A stretch of DNA of 64,000 bases, from positions 62,001 to 126,000 of the forward strand of contig JAXLNO010002632.1 of NCBI GenBank assembly GCA_038087875.1, in the 5' to 3' direction. This stretch comes from Malacoraja senta (taxonomy: Eukaryota). The translations under genes and the position numbers were made by a program. Under the pieces are notes generated by a model. That model was not told the DNA's origin, made no database searches, and saw only the letters and a program-made list of their open reading frames with translations. Positions 51,000 through 64,000 of the stretch are shown here, piece by piece (the stretch's first letter is position 1; every line of letters starts with the position of its first letter).

Positions 51000-52250
51000 G
51001 CTGGCATTAAAGGTTCCAAGTGTGACCTCACCAATGTCTGAAACAACTATAACATGACCTCTCAACTTCTATACTCAATACTCTGACTCATTAAGGCCAA
51101 TGTGCTGAAAGGCTTCTTGACCACCATATGTACAATGTACTTCCACATCACCCTCCATGAAGCCAATGTTCTATCCAGCCATCTAGCTCTCCTTGGATCC
51201 CATGCAATCTAATCTTCCAGACAGCCTACTATACGGAACCTTGTCAGATGTTTTGCTGAAATCCATATACTGTATACAACGTCTACAGCTCTGCCCTCAT
51301 CAACATTTTTGGTCACATCTTCAAAAAACAAAGATTTGTGAGGCACGATCTCCCATGTACAAAACCATGCTGACTATTCCTTATCAGCCCCTGCCCATCT
51401 AAATGCATGTACATCTTATCCCTCAGAGTACTCTCTTGTAACTTTCTGACAGCTGATGTTAGACTCAGTGGTCTCTAGTTCCCAGGCTTTTCCCTGCATC
51501 CCTTCTTAAATAGAGGCACAACATTTGCCACCCACGAATCTTCCGGCACCTCACCTGTATTTAATGATAACTCATAAATCTCAGCCGGGGCACCTGCATT
51601 TACTCTCTAGCTTCCCACATTGTCCTCGGATATATCTGGAGATTTATCCACCTTCATACGTGGTACAACATTCAGCACCTCCTCGACCATAATATTGACT
51701 GCCCTCAAGCCACTTCCATTGTCTGCCCCAAGTTTCCTGGTCCTCGTGTCTTTATGGTAAAAACAGGGAAGAAATACTCATTAAGGACCTTGTCCATCTT
51801 CCATGGCTTCACACAGAGTTGACCACTTTGATTCATTCTCCGGTTACACATTTTCTCTTAATATATTTATAAAATCTATCCTTAATATTATCTGCCTGAG
51901 CTATCTCCGTCCCCTTTTTGCCCTCCCGATTTCCTTTTTTTGCTTGCTCCTTGGTTCCCCAGACTTCTCCCGGGATACATTTGACTCTAGCTGCCTATAC
52001 CTGCCCCACTCCTCCTCCTTATTCTTGACCAGAGCTTCAATTTCACTCATCATCCAAGCTTCCTTACACCCATCTGCTTTGCCCTTCACTCTAGCAGGAA
52101 CATGCAGGTCCTGGACTCTTGTCGGTATTCTTTGAAAAACATCTCACTCTCTAGACATTCCTTTTCCTTCAAACCATCTGCTAGAATCAACTTGAACAAA
52201 TTCTAATACGTTCAAAGTTGGCCCTACCCCAATTTAGAAATTTAACTTGT
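51000..52250 (-). mobile_element. Degenerate CR1 ORF2 fragments
   Basis: Minus strand gives YMDFSKTSDKVPYSRL and QHGFV-like RT motifs, and AWMMSEIEALVKNKEE upstream. Confidence 0.75.
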
Positions 52251-55171
52251 GAGCTCATAGCCCTGAAACAACATTTTTTTATTAGTAGCCTCTCCAACTA
52301 GAGATTGTCCAAATGTAAGAAGAATCCCCTGTCTTTATCTTTTAGGATTGCTTGGCTTTCAGCTTTTATTTGTACATTTAAAATTCCATTTACTCATTTT
52401 CTTCAGTTTTTCTTGTCAAGTTTCCAACATTTGTCACACAGTTTCCTCCTGAAAACACCGACTTAACTTGTGCAGGCAGATGAGAAAAAATGTCATAACT
52501 TGACAATTGGAGCAAGGAAATGTTTTACTCTGGGTTTACAAAGTTCCATACCATATGGACTGAACAGTAGGAGAAGGAATTCTCCTACTGTAGGTTGATT
52601 ACAAGTAGCTGGATGTTTCATGGAGGAAGTTGAACATTATCCTGATAGCAAATGAAGCAAATGTCATTTGAGATTTTGCTGCTGAAATACACAGTGCAGC
52701 AACACCTACTTCTTTGTTGAGATGGGTTGTGAAATACACTGGCCTTTCCTTGATTATTTTATTCTGCCTATTCACTGGGATTGTGTTACAGCATATTTAA
52801 TGGTAGCAGAAAATTTATTTTTCGCATTGGTCGCTAAGAATATTTAGGCAATAAGAGTTGCCCATTTCTGAGGAGTTAATAAAATGACAATGATGTCTGT
52901 TATTGTCAATTTGAACATCCTCAAAAAATGTTAATTTTCACTGGAAAAGTGTTTTTAATTAATATGTGCCCAGCTATTAGAATGAACATTAATTCATGCA
53001 AAATAATTCTTATCTTGTTAACTACTGCTTTGATTTTTGTGGTATTACTCCCTAAGGAGGACAATTAATAAGGTATTGTTTCTTTTCTGACTGTGTCAAA
53101 AACAAACTGTGCACAACATTGAAGCATTCTAACTGACAGCAATATGTCATTTGCTACAAACATTTAATCTATAAATCTCACATTCTGCAACATTTTAAAA
53201 TGGTGTATTCATTGAATATGAATTCCAATGATAGCAGTGCATATCATAATTATATACTAACCTTATTACCGATGAATAGAATGGCATTTGAAGGCTAGCT
53301 ACTTATGAAGGTAGAGAACAATCTAGGCTTGCTCAGTAAGAAGACACAAAGGATGATTTATTAATATAACAAAAAGATGCTGACTTGTAATAGAGGCCAT
53401 AAAAGCTGATTCGAATGGTGTGGACAAATTAAAAATGGACTGAGTATTACTTAGGGGGTATTAAGCAGGTTACATATTGCCTTTCAATAGCTTGAATGCC
53501 AGAAGTGGGAAAAGGTTTGATTGGATTATAATTATCCTATTAGACTGGCCTGGAAATTGCAGTTTGATTGTAAATTGCCATCTTACGATATTTCAAGAAT
53601 TCAGTAAAATAAATAATCGTAAGGTAACTTCCTGCTGTACCTAAACATTTTGGAAAGAATGGCCAGAATTCACTATGACCCGAAACAGACTACCTCCCTT
53701 TTACTTCCCCCCCACCCCCGCCGACAGACATAGACACATACACTCTCCCAAAACACCACACAGACATGCCAATGCCTTCTATTTGTTGCAAATCTGGCGT
53801 GTAATGAAATATTCTCTTCCACATTTCCAAAAACTCCCCAAGGATGAAGCAACCTGCCTGGTGACATCCGATTCATCAGCTAAAACCTCATAGTGTTGTT
53901 TCTTCTATGATATCACCTGCAAATCTCAGTGCATCTGAAGGAATATATATCATTGTTCCTTCATCAACATGTGGTCTAAATCCTGCAGTGCTAGCCAACA
54001 GCACTGTGGGAGTAGTTTCAGCACAAGCATTCCAACATTCACAATGGGTCACTGCCACCAGCTGAAGGGAAACTGGGGATGGGCATTAACCTCACCAGCA
54101 ATGTGCACGTCCTTCAAGAGAACAAACACTGGTTAACTCGCTGAATGTCCATCAGTTTCTGTATTACAATTCCTGATAATATCATTTGTAGATTTTATGT
54201 TGAGGCATCTATTAATATAATTTCATACTTCATGACATACAGATTGATGCATTAGAGAAAAACATTCTTAAAAGGTTGTGAAACTTAATACATTCTAACA
54301 AAATGCTATATTATTCCCAAAATGAAACTTCATAAAATGTTTGTGATCTTTCTGATCATATACAAAATATCTAGATTCTTCCCACACTTGCGCATCACAC
54401 AAAAATATTAAATTTGTCTTTATAAAATGACCAAGAGCTTACTTTCAGATTGGCAGTACTTTTATTATTTATATTTTATTGAAGCAAAAAGATGGCACTC
54501 TTGACATGACTGAATGATTAGAGAGGGCTAAAACTACTTTAATTTGATACATGCAGACAATCTTCAGTGCAACATTGTCATTTTCTCACCTAAAAGTGAT
54601 TTTTATTAATGAGTTTTTTTTCTCAAAGTGCTAATTAACCCAAGACCATATCTTATTTACTTCAGCCAAGCTGAGAAATAGAATCAGGAGCAAGCCTCAA
54701 AGTTACTCGGCTTTTCAACATGATCACAGTTTCAACTCCATTTTACTGCCCTGTCCTGATATCCCTTGATTACTTTAATGTCTAGTAACTAAAGCATCCA
54801 CAATTACTATATTCACCTCTTCCAAAACTCTGGGATGTAGATTATCAGGATTGTCAGGTTTTGTTACAGATGCATTAACTAAATTATTTGTTGTACTTCC
54901 TTGTTTGCAATGGATGCTTGTTTTTGATGTGTTATCTTATGATGAATCTCTGGAATTCTTTACCCCAAAAGGTTCTGGTGGTTAATCTTTGTAGGCATTT
55001 AAAGAAGAAGTAGATATACCACTGAAAAACTAGAGAATTGAGGGCCACGGGAACTGGTACTGAAGAGGAAATGAAGCCTTGAATGTCAAGACAGGCTTGT
55101 GGCCTACACCTGTTTTTATTTTCTTAAGTTCTGAATAAAATTTTGTTTAATTCCAATCTCATTTCCTCACT

Positions 55172-55805
55172 GTAGACACAAGGAACTACAGATGCTGGTT
55201 TCCAAAAAAAAGACAATGCTGGAGTAACTCAGCAGGTCAGGTAGCATCTCTGGACGTGTCAGATTGGGATTCTTCTTCTGACTGATTGTAGAGGAGGGAG
55301 AATGCTGGAGGAGAGGTGGGGGCAAGTCAGCCAAGCAAGAGATATGTGGATGCAGGTGAGGATCATGTTTGATAGGCAGAGGCCAGAGCTAAAAGACAAA
55401 TAGTGTGAGATAAGGGGGAAAAAAAGGATTGAAGAGGTGTGAAATGTGAAGCCTGAGGAAGGAATATAGGTGGGGAGGGGGAGGGGAAAGGAATAAATGG
55501 ATGTGCATCCTGGTGGGGCCCTGGGAAAAGAGGGGGGAGAAAGGTGATGAGTGGGGGGGGGGAGCAGACCTGTCCTGATACCTCCTCCCATATCCATCCA
55601 TGGATCCCTGCAGCCCTTCCAGGTGAGATAAAGATTCACGTGTACCTCCTCTAACTGCATTTGGTATTACCTACCTGCTCCCCTTTCCATCAGCAAAACC
55701 AAGTTTAGACAAAGCGACTGTTTTCCTGAACACTTGCACTCAATCTGCCAAGGCCTGCTGGATCTCCTGGATGATAATTTTAACTCTCTTTCCATACTGA
55801 CCTTT
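55172..55805. mobile_element. Penelope fragment with inverted arrangement
   Basis: Minus-strand terminal repeat and purine tract to about 55560, then a plus-strand GIY-YIG remnant (FTCTSSN, EHLHSICQG). Confidence 0.7.
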
Positions 55806-56047
55806 TTTTCTCCAGTAAGTCGTGGTTGAATCACTTTCCCTGTCGTGCATTAAGGGATTTTTAGCAAATCATGTTCCCCAATCTAGCCCAGCATCCCGCC
55901 CTCCAATCTTCATAGTTTTCTTTATTACATTGAAAATCTTGGTTTTGAAACTGTATGGTTTTTAAGTATGATGTAAAATTCTACAATATTCTGGTCGCTC
56001 TTAGCTAAATGCCTTCTTACATTAAAATAACTAATTAATTAATTCTT

Positions 56048-56466
56048 TTTTTTTTTAAATAATATTTTTATTAGAAGTCAGACACAGTGGTATAAACCAA
56101 GAATAATATAATACATTTCATGTACAACTTGTTTTAAAATTTAATAATAAAAAAGTAGTAGAAGCAAAGAGAGAGAAAAATAAAGTTAGGTAAGGTAGTG
56201 AAAGTGATAGTTCGTGAAAAAGTGCAAGGAAAAGAGAGAGAAGAAGCAAGAAAAAGAGAGAGAGAAAAAAAGGGAAAAACAATAAATATTTTTTTTTTTA
56301 AATAAAAGGGATTACCTGCTTCGTATCTTTGCGCACCCCTCACCCGGTTCTGAAACTGTTAATTTCCAGGGTTATGTTGCACCATATGCTTGTAATAAGT
56401 CGATAAAGGGAGACCAAATCTTTAAGAATTGGTCTGATTTGCCTGCTAGGACGAATCTCATATCTT
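56048..56466 (-). mobile_element. Short 5'-truncated L1 (ORF2 C-terminus, 3' UTR, poly-A)
   Basis: Encodes EDMRFVLAGKSDQFLKIWSPFIDLLQAYGAT*, homologous to the end of the L1 at 41.8 kb. 17-bp TSD CTAATTAATTAATTCTT at 56031-56047 and 56467-56483. Confidence 0.88.
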
Positions 56467-57024
56467 CTAATTAATTAATTCTTAGTTGGTTCATCAACAT
56501 ACTAATTTGAAAATATACCTCACATACATTTCAGGAATTCAACCTCCATACTTAAGTATTTATTTTCAGGGCAGGTCGGGGGGAGTTCCGCCCACCACGG
56601 GTACCATGTAATCCCATGCTACCTGCTCCTGCCAGGTGAGGAGGGGGCTGTGGACCCTCCAGAGGACCAAAAACAAGACCTGTCAAAGGGCGGATGAGCT
56701 CCTGGGGAGCCAACGGCCATCCACACTTCAGTAGAAGTTGCGATCACTGTCGTAAGGCACCGTGCCCGTTGATGTTTTCAACGATGATGATGATATAGTT
56801 ATATTAAGTTAGGATGTTAGATGAACTCGGATTTCCTCGTTTCTATTTACCATTTTAGAATGTTCAATTAATGCTTTAATGGTTTATTAGGTTAATTACA
56901 AATTAGTCTTAAAACTAAGATGATCTGGTTTTATTTTGATATGAAATGATATTGATATTAAAAGTATTCAAATACTTGTATTTTATCTAATTTTGAAAAT
57001 TCGACTTTCTCCTCTATATGTCTT

Positions 57025-57480
57025 TTTCTTTGGTAGTCCTTTGAGATTGAGAACGATTTGCTTCAGGTCTCTGGGGTCTGAGGTGATTTGTGAAGGCCAC
57101 TGTGGGAACAGCAGACTCTTTCACTTATGCTGGAGAAGATGGCTGGTGGGATGGATATGTTGTGCAAAGGTCTGCTCTTTCCACTACACTCACTGGTGTA
57201 CTCCAAATCCATGGTCTCAGGTCCCGAATACCATCCCTAATGCTTAAGTGGTTACTGGCTAGAGGTACAAGGAGTATTAATGTTGCACTTCAAGTCAGTT
57301 TCGAAGACTTCTTTGAATAATGTTTTTCTTTCTACCTGGTAATCTCCTCCCATTATAAAGCTCGGAACAGATCATCTGCTTCGAGGATCAGCTGGCGAGC
57401 ACACAACAACATAGCCTCCCCAATCTAATTAACTGAGAGTAATTAGGGCCTCATTGTTAGTGATATGACATTGATATAGG
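57025..57480 (-). mobile_element. Old RTE-clade LINE 3' fragment
   Basis: Degenerate PGRKKKH...LKCNINT-like C-terminal motif and an AAG-rich tail on the minus strand. Confidence 0.5.
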
Positions 57481-59092
57481 TTTGCTGATACTTCCACTTA
57501 ATTGATGTAAGGCAGTGGTTAAATTACAAAACTAATAGTCCAGAGGCCCGGGCTGGTTTAGAGACTAATTTAGAGACTTAGGTTCAAATCCCACAATTGC
57601 AGCTTACACAAGCATGCTCATTAGTAAAGGTGATATGTTAGATTGTTGTAAAACTAATCATCTTCAAAGAAGAAAATCTGCCACACTGGCCTATGTGACT
57701 ACAGGTCCCTTAAAATGGCAGACCTGTAAATTTCATTCCGAAACAGCCTAGCAAACCACCCTCTCTTCGAGATATTAATGGATGTCCAAAAAATACCAGC
57801 AATTCCGACCTATATCCATAGAAAACAGTAAATATAAAGAAAAGAGTAAGAAGTTTAAATCTTGCAATTTTTTGTTTTGTTTTGTGAAACAGGGTGAAAA
57901 TGTTTTTGGATTGAAAATAGTTCTAAAATTAGGACAGAAACTGTGAAAAGGTCACATATGACAGAAAAATGGCTGCATTATAAGATCCATATAATCATAG
58001 CCACTGATAAACCTCCGTAGTATGAGCGGCCATCTCATTCTGATCTTTCTCACTGTCGATGAATCAGGTTATTGACACCATGGGAGCCAACATTAAAAAA
58101 AATATTATATATAATAGCTATTTTGAAAAGTACAATGTTATTTACAAATACACAAGATCAAAATAATAGATTATTCTGAGGCTGATGTAATAAGATACAC
58201 TGCCATGTATTTGCTAACAGATACTAGATTATACTTAGAAATCTATTTTATAAATGGAATATATTTCACACATTGATAACCTTTCATTATGTTACAGGAA
58301 ATAATAGTGTGGATTCAAAACTACCATGTGACTCACTGCAGACCTGGGTGACCTTAATGAACAACATAAGTACCAAACTATTTTAATCTAATTTATTATC
58401 AGAATGCTTTATTGGTACTGTTGGAGAATTTATCGCTATGAAGCACTTTGGGTCATTGAATACAATAACAGTACTAATTATTGATAATATTGGATTGGAT
58501 ATCAATTCCACGATATGACATTATTTTTTCTTAATACTAACCAAGCACATTGAACCAAGCAGTTTTATCGGTTTGCGTAGTATTTATTCATCCAGATACA
58601 AATAGCACCTACGGATGATCACTAAAAAGCAAATCAATATGCCTGAGTACAATGACCACAGCTATTTGTGTACACAATGGTTTCTGAGCACCAAAGATGT
58701 GATTCTGTGTTCTGAGAGTCACTCCACAATACCCACCATTCTTCATTCTTTCTCCTGAATCTTTCAGCTAACTCCTATAATCTACAAATTTATTATCCAA
58801 GTGCAATCTATCCTCATTTAGTGAACATGCCATTTTTGAATAATAAAAACACAAGGCTGGAGATATGGAGATGTTGTACGTAAAATGTTCATGCTATGTA
58901 GAAATGATAGAACGCATATGTTTAAAGATGGAACCACATCTTCAAATTTATAATGTTTAGATATTTATTGTTTTTTTTGCTAATCTGTAAACCCGTACAA
59001 AATGAATTACTGGATACATTTCTGCTTTTGAAATTTTACAATAAGAACATCTGAAAAACAAAAAAACAGGTATCCAGTTTGAACATTGTTTA

Positions 59093-59210
59093 TAGACAAT
59101 AGACAATAGGTGCAGGAGTAGGCCATTCGGACCTTTGAGCCAGCACCGCCATTCAATGTGATCATGCTGATCATCCCCAATCAGTACCCCGTTCCTGCCT
59201 TCTCTCCATA
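59093..59210 (-). mobile_element. CR1 3' end
   Basis: (AGACAAT)n tail and GGAGTAGGCCATTCGG. Confidence 0.75.
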
Positions 59211-60809
59211 TAATATATCATACATATCATTATATCATACATCTGGGTAGAACTGGGAGTAATTTGTTTAATCCTGACACTAAAGTATTGTTCAGACATA
59301 ATGCATCTCAAGTGCAATCTCCACACTTTAAAAAGCTCTTTGTTTTTGTCACTTTCTCGTTAACACCATTTGTATGAATTTGACCTAGGTTGAAAAGTGT
59401 TGATATCAGTGATGCTAATTCACCTATGAGCATTAAAATCCAATCTAACACTCTCCCATTTTAATTACATTTCTCATAAACTTATATAATTGGGTCTCTT
59501 GCCTTTTCAACTGCATGCAATTGCTAAACTGTATAAAGACAATGGCAATTTGAACATGTGTATTGCACAGAGCTGTTATGTTGAAAGAAGTTACCACCAT
59601 TGCACACAGGATGAATGTTGCATACTTATTTGACTTCCTTCTTTCTTTGTAATTCTTTAACGTGATCGTATGATCAGGGTTTAGAGAAATCTGTCTTAAA
59701 TATTGAAGGAATTATGGGGAAAAAAAGTCCTCAGAAAACAAGATTGATTCCAGAATTATCAAATGGACAGCAAAGCAATCTATGCTGGTTATTTAGTTAT
59801 ATTTCCTTCACTTGCATCATACCACAAAGTACAACAGGTACAGCAAATGATGTGAGAATATTACCTTTCAGAAGTTACTTTCTTTGTCAAATACAGTTCT
59901 GAGAATGTATCACCAACAGTTTATTTATTATCTTTCTTCCAGGACCAGACATTATGGGAGCACTGTCACCACAAAACCCACCACTAGCTTTTCAAGGCAA
60001 CTATGTTAACTATGGTTTGGCTGTTAACAGGCACACCCCAAGAACAAAGAGAAATTGTGCTGCCGTTGTGTAAGAAAGGTGACTTTTACTTGAGCTGATG
60101 GAGCTCTCAATTTTGTAATTCACTTTGGTTTAATATAACTGCCTGAAAGCTGGCATCATGCTAGATGTAAGCCACATTAATGCACAATTTCCTCCCTCAT
60201 AACTGGCCGCTGACTTATCTCGACCAAGTGCCGACTAAATTACTTCACAATATAATGCACATTTTCTACACGGTGCGAAAAGGATACATTTCAAGTTGGA
60301 CCTAACATCTTGCTATTTTTTAAGCAGTGAAGGAATCAACAAAGATTTCATGAATATATCAGGTAAGAGTTTGTTAATTTATGAGGGCTTTCAGGTAGGT
60401 AATTAATTTAAAAACACAACTCTAACCAATCCACTTTAAATAAAAATCTGCTGATTTGTTACTTTGTCTTTTTGTGGTGTCTGGTAGTGTTAAAATAACT
60501 GTAAAGTTTATAAAATATATATATATTTTATTTTCTTAAAATAATGTATGTTTCTGAAATATTTAGTGTTTTTACAAAGTTGAAATATTTTTTCCATTGG
60601 GCATGAAATTTGTATTGATCGCCAAAGATAATGCTCCTCATGATATGAAAGTCATTTAATCAGCAGATTCGCCACAGGGAATCATCCCAATGATTTCAAC
60701 AAGTTCCTGCAGGGGAGATTGGAGAGGTGTTATTCTTTCAATCTATCACCACTCACCATCAATTACAAAATCTATTCCAATATTCCACTGATGGTAAAGA
60801 CAGCAGCAT

Positions 60810-61160
60810 CACAGAACATAGAACAAATAAAGCACCATTGCGCAGTACAGCACAGGAACAGGCCCTTCGGCCCACAATGTCTGTACCGAACATGATGCTA
60901 TAATCAACAAATCTCCTCTGCCTGTATGTGATCCATATCCCTCCATTCCCTGCATATCCATGTATATATCTAAAAACCTCTTAAATGCCACTATCCTGTC
61001 TGCATCACCCCTGGCAGCACGGTCCAGGTACCCACTGGGGAGAAAAAACTTGCCTGGTACATCTTCTTTGAACTTAAGGTTATGCCCCCCTAGTCTTTGA
61101 CATTTCCACCCTGAAGAGAAAGGTTCTGAAAGTCTACCCTATCCATGCCTTTCATAATTT
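60810..61160 (-). mobile_element. CR1 3' fragment
   Basis: MAFKRFLDIYMD and the 3' end ACAGGCCCTTCGGCCCAC. Confidence 0.78.
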
Positions 61161-62099
61161 CTTGTTCAGAGTAAAATTTGTGCATCACTGGTTAGTGGGA
61201 CTCAATGATTAATTTCAATGGGAATGGACACAGCAACCAATAAGAGCAATATTGTACAGTGTCAGCGTTTTAAAGTTTTAAATGTCATGAATCTAAAGCT
61301 GTGGAAACCTCTCTTCTAATGATGGGATGCATACATTCACAGTCCTTCCATCATGTGATTAACTGGGAGTGTAAAAGCTCCCTTACATCTGTTCCCTTGT
61401 TTACTCCTAGTCACCGAGTGCTTTGTCACATATGTCACACATAACTGCACTGCCGCTCATTTGTGACATTCAAACACATTGTGGCAGAGCTTAGGGACCC
61501 AGATTCAAGTTCAGTTTGGAAAGAGGGCATCAGCTGCTATAATTTATCGCTGGAACTAGAGTTTGAAGCCTTGATTTAGTAGCTTGCAGAACAGCCTGAA
61601 GAAGTCTCAACTTAATGTCATTATTCACACTTTCATGGCAAAAGGTTTTCCACTGTCAGACATTAATACTCTTGGTTATTTAATTTTCTTCAGCTGATAA
61701 TTATACATTTTGTTAATACATTATTACATTATTTCTGAACTAAACATCTCTGAACAATGGTTGGTCTAGCCATCAAGATGCCTGTTCTGCACAATGTCCA
61801 AAGTGACACAGTGAAGACTCACTTCCATGCACAGCTCTAGATTGCTTTCTCAATGGACATTAGCAGATCGCAGGCAGCAGATTGTCTGATTACTTTGAGC
61901 CGCAGATTAGTATGTTAACAGGCGAGGAATAAAAGGATTAAGAGTATATATCTAGGTTGAATAATGAGAAATAATGTCATCCTGCAATTTTTTGTTATTA
62001 CAACTTGCCAAAAACATCGCAGTAATACAAATATACTAGAAATATAACTGGTTCAGGAAGGCAATTTAATTATTTACAGTGGATTCACACTCTACAAGT

Positions 62100-62250
62100 T
62101 CAAGGACAGGTACATGGATAGGGAAGGTTTAGAGGGATATGGGGCAAATGCGGGCAGGTGGGACTCGTGTAGATGGGGCATCTTGATCAGCATGGACGAG
62201 TTGGGCTGAAGGGCCTGTTTCCATGCTGTTATAACTTTATGACTCTAAGT
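62100..62250 (+). mobile_element. CR1 3' end
   Basis: GGACAGGTACATGGATAGG...GGGCTGAAGGGCCTGTTTCCATGCTG. Confidence 0.75.
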
Positions 62251-62283
62251 TTAATATTAGTGTGCAGTCTGAAGTAAATATTG

Positions 62284-62440
62284 TAGAAACAAAGAACTAC
62301 AGATGTTGGTTAATGCACAAAATAACACAAAGTGGTGGAGTAACTCAGCAGGTTAGCCAGCATCTCTGGAGAATATGGATGGACCCGAAACGTCACCTAT
62401 CCATGATCTCCAGAGATGTTGCTAGACCTGCTGAGTTTCC
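62284..62440. repeat. Fold-back pair of Penelope terminal repeats
   Basis: CTCAGCAGG...CATCTCTGGAGA..ATGGAT and its inverse ATCCATG.TCTCCAGAGATG...CCTGCTGAG. Confidence 0.7.
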
Positions 62441-63734
62441 AAACCAAATATCAATAAACATATAGCTTGAGCTATAAATCAGAACACAAGGACTGAAGTG
62501 TTTTTAAATAATGTAAGGTGAGACTGTGTCCTTCTGGATGCCTACATTGAAATGCAGTCTGAATTACGCAATTGCTGAAGCGTTAGTGCAAAGAAAACTT
62601 GCTGTTGCATGTGGTCTAAAAATAACAGTTTGGGTTATGTCATGCGCCTGAATTGATACGAACAAAGGACTCTGCTACTGTGCCTTCTCCTCAGCTGCTA
62701 GAACCAAGTAACCAATGCCTGCACTGTATGGTCAATGTTTAATGTGGTAGCTGTATTGTGTGGACCCTTAAAAACTCGATGAAGTGGAAACTTTTATTAG
62801 GCTTGACAGGAAATGACCTTTATCAATAATTATCAATAAATGAAATTACACCTGTACACTTACTAATTGATGTAGATATATTTGATGTTAATTAATAAAT
62901 TGACGATCAAATAAAGCTTTACAAGTATAAAACAAAACGCTGGAGGAACTTAGCTGGTCAGGCAGCATCTGTCTGGAGAAATGGACAGGTAGCATTTCAA
63001 GTTGAGACCCTATTTCAGACGGAGATGGTACAATTTCAAGTGATGTGAACACCTTGAAGAGGTGTTAGTAGCATTTCTGAATGTTTCCTTTATGGTAAGA
63101 TTGATTTATGTTATTTAATTTTTGTACTTAACACAACAGTGTTTAATACTCTACCATTGTTGATAAGTTATCTGCCTACAATCTTCAAATGTTGAGGGAT
63201 TTTTTAAAAAAAGGTCAATATAAATCAAAATGCAACCTTATAAATAGACTTCAACTGTGTCATTATTTTCAAGGAAATAAAACTGAATTCTGCCATTCTA
63301 CGACATTTTATTGAAACATTAAAAATAAGACCCTATTAAATTAAAAAAAAACTTTTGCTCATATCTTTTGTGCAACACTGGAAACATCCTTGGAAATGAC
63401 AGATGGTGAATAAGTGGAAGTTTTCATCAAATCCTCAAGTTTTCAAAAGTACTTCGTATTTGGTTAATTGTCTCTGAAGAACAGTTATTATTTTAAACAC
63501 TGCAGAAATATATAAGCCAAGTGAGATCCCATAAGAAGAAATTTGGTGAAATGGTTAATACATCTGCTTTTAGCCTGGCCAAATGAAGTGGGTAGTTGGT
63601 TTCAACTCTCATCCATAAAATGGTGCCTCCAGCGTTCTTTCAATGCTGCAGTGAAGTTCCAACCGAGATTATGGGTTCATATGGGAAATCCAAAAATGTT
63701 TATTTCCATGGAAACAGTGTTTCTGGAATCAAAG

Positions 63735-63832
63735 GTAGACACAAAATGCTGGAGTAACTCAACGGGACAGGCAGAATCTCTGGAGAGAAGGAATGGGTGA
63801 CGTTTTGGGTCGAGACCCTTCTTCAGACTGAT
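63735..63832 (-). repeat. Penelope terminal-repeat fragment with a hammerhead-like motif
   Basis: Minus strand reads CAGT CTGAAGA A GGGTC TC GACCC AAAA CGTC ACCC. Confidence 0.78.
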
Positions 63833-64000
63833 TATGTTCTTTCCTACACATTTCTGGGATCAAGATCAGATGATGTTAAATCAGGGCCTGAGATTGGTCA
63901 TGCTTTTTAAATTATATCCATTATTTGCAGAAAAAGGTCTAAAATCTTCATTCCATGTTCCTAAGCGGTGAGCTATTATTGTGCACCAAACTTTGAAGTT

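Overview
AT-rich vertebrate genomic DNA, almost certainly from a cartilaginous fish and probably a skate or ray. That assignment is inferred from HE1-type V-SINEs with (AAACT)n tails, CR1/HER1 3' ends and elasmobranch-type Penelope repeats. The window contains one protein-coding gene that I can assemble completely by hand: the voltage-gated sodium channel beta-3 subunit (SCN3B) on the minus strand. It has 5 coding exons (49441-49495, 31053-31213, 27469-27694, 24443-24581, 23447-23513) totalling 648 nt / 215 aa, all with GT-AG introns in compatible phases. It also has a probable 131-nt intron in the 3' UTR, a CpG-enriched 5' region and a near-consensus REST/NRSE (RE1) site about 275 bp upstream of the ATG. 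The rest is intronic or intergenic and rich in transposons: (1) a young, internally deleted Gmr1-type (SCAN-gag) LTR retrotransposon with both LTRs, a tRNA-Pro PBS, a PPT and a 5-bp TSD; (2) a 4.1-kb L1 with a twin-priming-type 5' inversion and a 16-bp TSD; (3) a family of Harbinger-like fold-back MITEs that share only their termini and an internal palindromic core; (4) Penelope-derived repeats with a decayed hammerhead-ribozyme motif, often in fold-back pairs; (5) HE1 SINEs and CR1, Rex1 and RTE fragments. Most short ORFs in the supplied track are spurious. I see no evidence of a wholly new gene system. The most novel candidates are the MITE architecture, the L1 5' inversion in a non-mammal, the ribozyme-bearing fold-backs and possible antisense exons. 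Repeat boundaries are approximate unless a TSD is given.
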